Origin: a virus
Taxonomy: Duplodnaviria > Caudoviricetes
DNA length: 39,814 nt
Direction: 5' to 3' (one strand)
IMG/VR virus record: IMGVR_UViG_3300028595_000005
Location: 1-39,814 of that record
Within the stretch, counting starts at the first letter, position 1; every line of letters begins with the position of its first letter. The notes beneath the pieces are model-generated. The model had not been told where the DNA came from and did no database searches. It was given only the letters and a program-made list of their open reading frames with translations. Of this stretch, positions 33,452 through 39,814 are shown one piece after another. The position numbers and the translations under genes are program-made.

Positions 33452-35164
33452 TCACGAGTAACTCTGAACAACAGCGTACAGTCCATCTTCAGCGTCTCCA
33501 CCGTCTCCGCCGTCCCCTCCTCTGGTTGCACCAGTGCCTCCTGTCCCAGCGGTACCGGCACTTACATCAGGAGTAACTGAGCCTGTAATCGATCCTTTGT
33601 AGAGAACAGCAGCAATTCCTCCTGCTCCAGCCCCTCCTCCTCCGCCTCCTCCTCCATCAGCCTCTGGAGATCCTCCTCCTGCTGAACCATTAGCTCCATT
33701 TGACCCATTCTCGCCAGAACAATCAATTGAGGTAGAACTAAAAGTTACATCTCCTCCAACCTGGATAATAAGAGTCCCGCCTCCTGCGCCACCTGCCCCC
33801 CCGTTTCCACCCTCTCCTGCATTTGCAGGAACTGCAGCCCATGTTCCGGCAGCGCCCCCTCCTCCTCCAGATCCTCCCTGCGCCACTAAAAATGGGATGT
33901 TGCTGCTAGCCTGCGCCGTGGCAGTTAATGCCAGCCATTTCATGGAAGTAGATCCAGCAGTCCCTCCATCTCCGCCTTCTCCCACATCTCCTCCAGTTGA
34001 CCCTCCGTCATCGCCATTGCTTCCAGCCGCGCCGTCATCTTTGATGCTCGCGCCACCACCACCCCCTCCACCTCCTCCCCCTGCATCTGCGGTATCGGGA
34101 CCAGCGGTTCCTTTCACTCCATAAGAAGGAGCTGTATTTGCAAAAGACAGGGAAGATTTAACAGAGGCGGTTCCGTCCGTTCCGTCGTCTCCTGTGGAGG
34201 TGCCTGCTGTTCCTCCGGCTCCTCCTGGCATTCCCTTACCAGCAAAATCAAAAGTCCAGTTTGTAAAATCAGCATCGCCTTGGATTTTGAGAACTGTTAC
34301 GCACCCAGTTGGAGTTACCGTGCAAGTTCTTGCTACGGAACCAGCTGTCCAGGAAGTGAACTCTTTAACGATGACAGTGTTATTTGACCCAGTTATCGTA
34401 AGGTTAGCATCTCCTTGAATTCCATCTGTTCCATCTCCAACAGCGGCCTCGATCTGCACACTCTCATCCGATCCATCATTTAAAGTTGTAACTTTAATTC
34501 CGTTGCCGGCAACGATTTTATCTTCGAGATACCCAGGCGTAGTGTCATCAGCAGACACAGAAACCAAAACATCTGTGGCTCCTGTGTCCACAACATCCCA
34601 ACCTCCGCTAATGTATTGCTGGTTTTTTCCTACTGCTGTGTTGTAAATCATCATCCCGTTGGACGGAGAAGTTATTGCTGCGTCTCTGGCTGTTGCGTCG
34701 GCGTAGACAGGAAAACGAGCTGACCCATCGAACTCAACATCTCCTGAGAAAGTGTTATCACCTGAGTGAGTGTTGTCTCCTGCGAAGGTGTTGTCTTCAG
34801 TTAAAGAAGCCTTGTCGTTCAGAACGAGGTGAGAAACAGGAATCTCGATAACAGCTCCCACATTGTGAGTAACTCTATTGTCCGAATCGCTTCCGGTGTT
34901 AGCTAGAACCTCAGCAAGAGTAGCGCTGTCTGTCAGTCCTCTCTTCGCGATGTTGTCAATTATCAGTTTGTTAACCCCTCCGCTAGATGACGTTGAGGTA
35001 ACCCACCATCTTTCTTTGGAGGAGTTTTGGCGGTCGATAATGATCTCAAAAGGAGCCGTCATACTGTCCGGCAGCGCGTTGACCTGAACCTCTGTGTCAG
35101 ATGCTAATACAGGAACGTTTACAACGGATGCCTCATATAGACTCTCGTAGGCGTTGATAGCCAT
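33452..35164 (-). CDS. Tail fibre/spike-like protein with a Gly-rich C-terminal half
   Basis: YADATARDAAITSPSNGMMIYN and VSADDTTPGYLEDK modules followed by poly-Gly repeats. Confidence 0.7.
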   Translation of the reverse strand: MAINAYESLYEASVVNVPVLASDTEVQVNALPDSMTAPFEIIIDRQNSSKERWWVTSTSSSGGVNKLIIDNIAKRGLTDSATLAEVLANTGSDSDNRVTHNVGAVIEIPVSHLVLNDKASLTEDNTFAGDNTHSGDNTFSGDVEFDGSARFPVYADATARDAAITSPSNGMMIYNTAVGKNQQYISGGWDVVDTGATDVLVSVSADDTTPGYLEDKIVAGNGIKVTTLNDGSDESVQIEAAVGDGTDGIQGDANLTITGSNNTVIVKEFTSWTAGSVARTCTVTPTGCVTVLKIQGDADFTNWTFDFAGKGMPGGAGGTAGTSTGDDGTDGTASVKSSLSFANTAPSYGVKGTAGPDTADAGGGGGGGGGGASIKDDGAAGSNGDDGGSTGGDVGEGGDGGTAGSTSMKWLALTATAQASSNIPFLVAQGGSGGGGGAAGTWAAVPANAGEGGNGGAGGAGGGTLIIQVGGDVTFSSTSIDCSGENGSNGANGSAGGGSPEADGGGGGGGGAGAGGIAAVLYKGSITGSVTPDVSAGTAGTGGTGATRGGDGGDGGDAEDGLYAVVQSYS

Positions 35165-35166
35165 GG

Positions 35167-36951
35167 TTATGATTTAGAAGAAGAAGGGTCGTAATCTACA
35201 GGCGAATACATTATTTGGTAGCCCCTAGTTATTTGAAAGTCTTGTCCAGCTCCATCGCACCTGATGCGAACCTGAACGTTATAACCGCGCTTTCTGCACT
35301 TCAGTATGCATTTAAATGGTTTAAAAGCAACTCCAGAGCTGGAAACGTCTCCTCCCACTACGGACTCGCCTACCGCCACTCCTCCAACCCCGCCGTATTC
35401 AGCGGTAGCGGTGGAACTTTTGTCGATTGTCTTAGATGTTGCAAGAACCGCATTCCCGTCTTTATCCTCAACATAAGCCTCGAAAACCAGAGGAGGAGAA
35501 GACGCAGTCATTCGTCCGGCTAGTCTTATTTCATGGAAGTCCTTGCGCCGTGTAGGATCTCCAAGAGGGTCTTTATTGGTACGGAATTCGAACGAGATAG
35601 GGCTAACTGTTTTTTCGTTAGAACCGGTTTCATCTTTGTAGACTTGCCCGGAGTACGAGTCTCCGACGTAGGCGGTGTCATCCACCATTATTCCGCACGA
35701 ATAGCTTCTCTTATCAAGATAGAACTGCTGGTTACGGAGATCGTAGATGATGCAGATGTTAGGTTCGTCAAACCCTTCCTGTAGCAAGAAGAACTTGAAC
35801 TGACGCTTTGGCTTGTAATAATAGCCCCAGCCCTTGCTCTGGTCTTCTTTGAGTGTGAGCATCAGATCATCGATTGGATCTGAGACGTTCGTGTTAGCGA
35901 GTCCAGCGCGCCCCCCTGCAGAGGAGAGATAACGAAACTTGTTAGCGTCATCAAGATACATCCCCACGCCATCTCCTGCCACGACTAGCCTGTCGTTCTT
36001 GAAGGGGGATACTGCGTTGAGAGGCTGAGGAATTGGCGATCCTTCCTCGGTAACAGAGGAGATTCCAACAGCTCCGGTCTTTGTTGAGATGATCAAAGTC
36101 TGCGCTGCTGGGTCATCACCAACAATAGCCATTCCTTTTATCTCAGAGCTTAATAAATTGTTGCCATAAGTCCCACTAGCAAATGCGTAGATTTTCTCTG
36201 GGTTAGCATCTGTCACTGTGTCTGAATAATAATAAGCAGATGGTGAGCTTGGGTTTCCTGAAACATAAAGCTTACCTGTTCGAATAGCTCCGAACAGTGG
36301 CTTAAAATTAGGAATACCTGTATTAGGCGTGGAATACCCAAATGTATAACTTCCTGTTGTGTCAGAGTTAGCTGTTAAAGCTCCTGACCAAGTGCAGGAG
36401 GTAGCCCCATTGGTTAGGGTGCATTCACGAAGTTCTCCACTGGACGCGAAAACAACAGGGTAAACTCCTGACGCTGCCGTCCAGTTAGAAGCTAGGTTTT
36501 CTGAGGTGTCTCCTGTAGTAGGAGCTGAGGCAAAGGTCACTGATTCAGGTTCGATGAGCCCCATATTATTGGTGCCATCAAGCACAAAGCAATAATCTTT
36601 AAAGTTTATAAAGTTCGCATAAAGAACAGCACCCCTAGAGGATGGGATCTCATACCAGTCATCATTCAAAAAAACCTGCACTTCATCGCCAATCTGCCGA
36701 ACCTGGACATTCGCAGTCGAGTTCAAAAATCGACCGAGGCTTCCAACCCGCCCGGCTGAAGCTCCTCCGTAGGCTATCGAGCCTTTCCGGTTCGTGAGCA
36801 TTTCCTGCTCCAGCCGGAAGTTCTTCGAATCCGAAGTCGCAGCCCCAGAAGGTAGTTCGTCATCTGCCGAATTCGCGTAGATGCCCAGCCATTTCTTTAC
36901 TCTGGCTGTTTTTATATTATCCGAGACAGAAGATAGTTCATCACCAAGCAT
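35167..36951 (-). CDS. Tail nozzle/stabilisation protein (P22 gp10 or T7 gp12-like)
   Basis: 594-aa beta-rich protein following the adaptor gene. Confidence 0.65.
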   Translation of the reverse strand: MLGDELSSVSDNIKTARVKKWLGIYANSADDELPSGAATSDSKNFRLEQEMLTNRKGSIAYGGASAGRVGSLGRFLNSTANVQVRQIGDEVQVFLNDDWYEIPSSRGAVLYANFINFKDYCFVLDGTNNMGLIEPESVTFASAPTTGDTSENLASNWTAASGVYPVVFASSGELRECTLTNGATSCTWSGALTANSDTTGSYTFGYSTPNTGIPNFKPLFGAIRTGKLYVSGNPSSPSAYYYSDTVTDANPEKIYAFASGTYGNNLLSSEIKGMAIVGDDPAAQTLIISTKTGAVGISSVTEEGSPIPQPLNAVSPFKNDRLVVAGDGVGMYLDDANKFRYLSSAGGRAGLANTNVSDPIDDLMLTLKEDQSKGWGYYYKPKRQFKFFLLQEGFDEPNICIIYDLRNQQFYLDKRSYSCGIMVDDTAYVGDSYSGQVYKDETGSNEKTVSPISFEFRTNKDPLGDPTRRKDFHEIRLAGRMTASSPPLVFEAYVEDKDGNAVLATSKTIDKSSTATAEYGGVGGVAVGESVVGGDVSSSGVAFKPFKCILKCRKRGYNVQVRIRCDGAGQDFQITRGYQIMYSPVDYDPSSSKS

Positions 36952-37516
36952 TGAATTTAACAGGAGGACGATATTTCTTCACGAAGATAGCCAGGTTAGC
37001 CTCCCCTTTTTTAATGTTATTTACTATATCTTTCTGCATTCCACCCGCCTTGAGGAGTGCGTGTCCTCCTGCCAGAGGTCCAAGGACACTCTTTCCATAG
37101 CTTCCCGGGAAGATGCAGTCGTTACTGTCATCAATCTCCGGAGGGACTGATTGAGGATATATCGCGGTGCTAGTCCTTGAAGAGATTTCAAATACTTCTC
37201 CTGCGAAATGAGGAAGGGTGAAGGCAGAAACACCTGTTAGGGTGTGATACTCAGTGCCAGGCGTAACGCCGGTAAACTTTAAAACGTCACCATTAATCGT
37301 GATTGATCCTTTCTCAGGAACTGCCCCGAATACCTTGGCTGAGCTAGCCCCAACGGCGATGTCTTCTACTAGGTAGGAAAGCTCATTGTCTAGGATATTG
37401 CGGTATTGTTCATTGATAGCCTCATTTAAAATCTCATCAGTAAAGACGGTGCTGTCAGCCGCCTCTAGGATGCTGCCACGGATGTAACTACGGATTTCAG
37501 AAAGAGTGTTAGACAT
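36941..37516 (-). CDS. Head-tail adaptor (putative)
   Basis: TLSEIRSYIR...FTDEILNEAINE N-terminus; gene position. Confidence 0.65.
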   Translation of the reverse strand: MSNTLSEIRSYIRGSILEAADSTVFTDEILNEAINEQYRNILDNELSYLVEDIAVGASSAKVFGAVPEKGSITINGDVLKFTGVTPGTEYHTLTGVSAFTLPHFAGEVFEISSRTSTAIYPQSVPPEIDDSNDCIFPGSYGKSVLGPLAGGHALLKAGGMQKDIVNNIKKGEANLAIFVKKYRPPVKFNAW

Positions 37517-37784
37517 TGCTAGGTTTGGAGGATTTTACCTGATGCTTATTCATCAGGGCAAAGAAGTCTTTGATGAATTCTTTATTAAAGAGAGTAGGAA
37601 AGAGAACGAATCCCTTCCTGACCACCTGACGGATAACGATACCAACTGCAATCGCCACTGCGGGGTCTTTCATCACAGTCAGAGAGGTCACCGTTACGGA
37701 CAGATAATCCGCGAAGGCGGCTATTCCTTCTTCTGTTACCTCAGAAGCCGCTGTTATTTTCAGAGACTTCTTGGAGTCAATCAT
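37509..37784 (-). CDS. Small hypothetical (membrane?) protein
   Basis: Coupled to the holin-like gene; hydrophobic core. Confidence 0.6.
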   Translation of the reverse strand: MIDSKKSLKITAASEVTEEGIAAFADYLSVTVTSLTVMKDPAVAIAVGIVIRQVVRKGFVLFPTLFNKEFIKDFFALMNKHQVKSSKPSNV

Positions 37785-37996
37785 TTGATCCCTTTAGTAG
37801 CTGAGATGCGTCCCCAGATCGTTACAGCACTTGCAATGAGTCCAGCACCAGCCACAAGGAGAGAATTTAGGTTAGCTTGAATAGTCTGAACCTCTGTAGC
37901 AGAGAACCAACCCATAGATTGCCCTACGACGATTACTGCAGAGGCGATTGAACCCCAGAAAGTCTTTGATGCCAGAAGACTTTTTGTTTTAGCCAT
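37781..37996 (-). CDS. Holin-like protein with two TM segments
   Basis: KSLLASKTFWG...TIWGRISA pattern; two TM segments. Confidence 0.65.
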   Translation of the reverse strand: MAKTKSLLASKTFWGSIASAVIVVGQSMGWFSATEVQTIQANLNSLLVAGAGLIASAVTIWGRISATKGIK

Positions 37997-38013
37997 TGTG
38001 AGAAAAGAAAAAA

Positions 38014-38469
38014 TTAAAGCTCAATAGAGTCCGTGAATTCGTCGCGGATGATTTGCTGACCAGCGCTCTTCGTGATCAGATTCTCTGCTCCGAAGTGGTC
38101 AGCCCAGACACGAAGCTCATCGTTCATGACGACATCAGCGCGATTACCATTTGCATCAGTAGCCCCTACCTGTAGTAGCGCCTTGCCATCTTTCTCCCAC
38201 CAGTTTGCATATTCTCTCCAGGTCTTTACCGTTACATTTCCTTCTTCGTCAGTAACCCTTGAATTAGGGAACGTCTCAGGGACTTCCTCGTCCAGACTTT
38301 CGACGCGGACAAAAACAAGAGCGCCATTGACTTCAACCTCATTTGCCAGGAGTTCTTGTAACTGCCCCTGAGTGCAGCCAGCCGTGATTACGCTATCTCC
38401 AGACAGCGTCCGCAGCTCCTGCACCACCGGTATATTTTCCTTTCCGGAAATGTTGATCATTATGCTCAT
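38014..38469 (-). CDS. Hypothetical protein downstream of the LamG gene
   Basis: 151-aa ORF in the late operon. Confidence 0.7.
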   Translation of the reverse strand: MSIMINISGKENIPVVQELRTLSGDSVITAGCTQGQLQELLANEVEVNGALVFVRVESLDEEVPETFPNSRVTDEEGNVTVKTWREYANWWEKDGKALLQVGATDANGNRADVVMNDELRVWADHFGAENLITKSAGQQIIRDEFTDSIEL

Positions 38470-38514
38470 TGTTATTACGGAATGGAGTATGACAGAGTAA
38501 AGAAGAAAAGTAAA

Positions 38515-39726
38515 CTAGTGGTTGAGATATTTTTCAATCTTGGAAAGTACGCCTCCGGTTTGCGCTTCGTCGTAGGTCGAGACGTTCTTCTTTTCGTTGG
38601 TGACCGAAGTATCGGCAAAGATTATATCTTGCTCGTCCGCTGCCGCTACATTTTCGACGATCTCAGCGTAGGTAACTTCATTTGCTGCGGTTTGGTCAGA
38701 ATTAAACCAGAATTCTTTTCCGCAAGTTATATCAGCTTGAATTAATTCAGGAGCCATTGGCTGTTGAATCTCTGTCTCTGCGTCGTTGTGAAAGTTTCCT
38801 GCGGGATTCATCAAAATCCCGCCTACGGCATCTGCCGTGCCATCTGTTAATGCTGGAACACGAATAGTGCTTGCTGTGCCTTGAACTGACCCATCGTTGC
38901 TATTGCCTGACAAATCTACCCAAGTTGATTCTCCTGATCCTAAATAAGTAGCGACTGATGAACCTGATACTTTAAAATCAAAGTCAGTTATCCATCCATT
39001 AAGATTATAAGCAGAGGTCTCAGAATGGTGTGTTCCTATTCTTAATTTATTAGTGTCAATTACTATATCACTCGCATTAGTAAATGATATTTCCTCAACT
39101 CCATCTACTTTTAAAGAGTAATTTCCGGAAACATCACGAGTTAATAATATGTCGTGATAACCTTCTGAAATAGCTCCTGACGAAGTTTCTAAAATACCCC
39201 AAGAAGACCCATTTGTTGAACCTACTACTCTAATAACATTACTTGTAGTTAGCCCTACTCTAAATGAATTATAATCTGTGTTTCCAAGATCAAATAAAAC
39301 TGTTTGTGTTCCCAAGAAATAAGCACCAAAACTAACCTCAAAAGGCTTTGCTGATACATCTTCTATGTCAAAATCGTTTGATGTGACCTCTACAAAAGTG
39401 TCAGAACCATTGAAATATAAAGCCTTTGTATGACCCTCTAAAAGATTATAGTGGGAGTTGTCTTGTTTTGTTCCCCAGAAAGTAGCGAGTGTAGCGTTTG
39501 TGATTGTCCCGTGATTATCGTTTCCTGAAGTATCATAAGCTATTGCTCCTGCTCCTTCGGCAAAAGGAATGTGAAGAATTTCCTCACCTGTTAAATCATT
39601 TGTTACTTTAAAATCTACGATGCTTCCCTGAAATGGAGAAGTCTTATTGTAATCGTAGACTCCTATTGTTGGATATGAAGTATCAAATGTTTGAGGTAAT
39701 AATTCCACAACGTCACTTGTAGAAAG
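38515..39726 (-). CDS. 3' part of the origin-spanning LamG-repeat virion protein
   Basis: LamG-type motifs AYDTSGNDNHGTITNAT, ALYFNGSDTFVEV and WVDLSGNSNDG; no stop between 39709 and the window end. Confidence 0.85.
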   Translation of the reverse strand, partial: LSTSDVVELLPQTFDTSYPTIGVYDYNKTSPFQGSIVDFKVTNDLTGEEILHIPFAEGAGAIAYDTSGNDNHGTITNATLATFWGTKQDNSHYNLLEGHTKALYFNGSDTFVEVTSNDFDIEDVSAKPFEVSFGAYFLGTQTVLFDLGNTDYNSFRVGLTTSNVIRVVGSTNGSSWGILETSSGAISEGYHDILLTRDVSGNYSLKVDGVEEISFTNASDIVIDTNKLRIGTHHSETSAYNLNGWITDFDFKVSGSSVATYLGSGESTWVDLSGNSNDGSVQGTASTIRVPALTDGTADAVGGILMNPAGNFHNDAETEIQQPMAPELIQADITCGKEFWFNSDQTAANEVTYAEIVENVAAADEQDIIFADTSVTNEKKNVSTYDEAQTGGVLSKIEKYLNH

Positions 39727-39814
39727 AATTGTATCACCGTTATTTACTCTGATAAAACATTTACCGCTTGTCCCAAGAGCAGAAGAGTGCCCAACTTCTA
39801 AGTATATCCATCCA
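39727..39814. repeat. Terminal direct repeat, copy 2
   Basis: Identical to bases 1-88. Confidence 0.95.

Noticed and set aside
33600-34240. Pro-rich plus-strand ORFs and (CCT/CCA)n repeats
   Set aside because: Antisense shadow of poly-Gly codons in the fibre gene.
39727-39814. 88-bp terminal repeat as a biological DTR or att site
   Set aside because: It falls mid-gene with the frame preserved, which is typical of assembler overlap on a circular or permuted genome.

Overview
The window is an apparently complete, circularly permuted ~39.7-kb (39,726 bp) dsDNA tailed phage genome: bases 1-88 are repeated exactly at 39727-39814, and a ~1018-aa LamG-repeat gene reads through the join. The minus strand carries a P22/podovirus-like morphogenesis arm: TerS, TerL with a non-canonical class-3-type intein, portal, scaffold, major capsid, LamG protein, holin-like protein, adaptor, nozzle, Gly-rich fibre, an ejection-type protein and an LPD38/ART-PolyVal large polyvalent protein. 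There is also a DUF4373-type replication initiator with internal iterons, an M23 endolysin, and a long plus-strand run of small early or accessory genes. I found no integrase, CI-like repressor, polymerase, tRNA or CRISPR array. Most genes lack Shine-Dalgarno sites and have U-rich leaders, which suggests a CPR/Patescibacteria-like host (inference); two clusters have strong SD sites. The most unusual part is an RNA-rich control region (~9.4-16.5 kb). It holds (1) a family of TTGACA-N16/17-CAGACT promoters; (2) three leaders unrelated in sequence but identical in design, where the transcript 5' end is complementary to the loop of a following 20-23-bp hairpin; (3) a promoter-plus-terminator sRNA complementary in trans to the early-operon leader; (4) a non-tRNA cloverleaf; and (5) a ~500-nt structured non-coding RNA directly upstream of an HNH nuclease. 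All product calls come from motif recognition by eye; no searches or folding programs were run.
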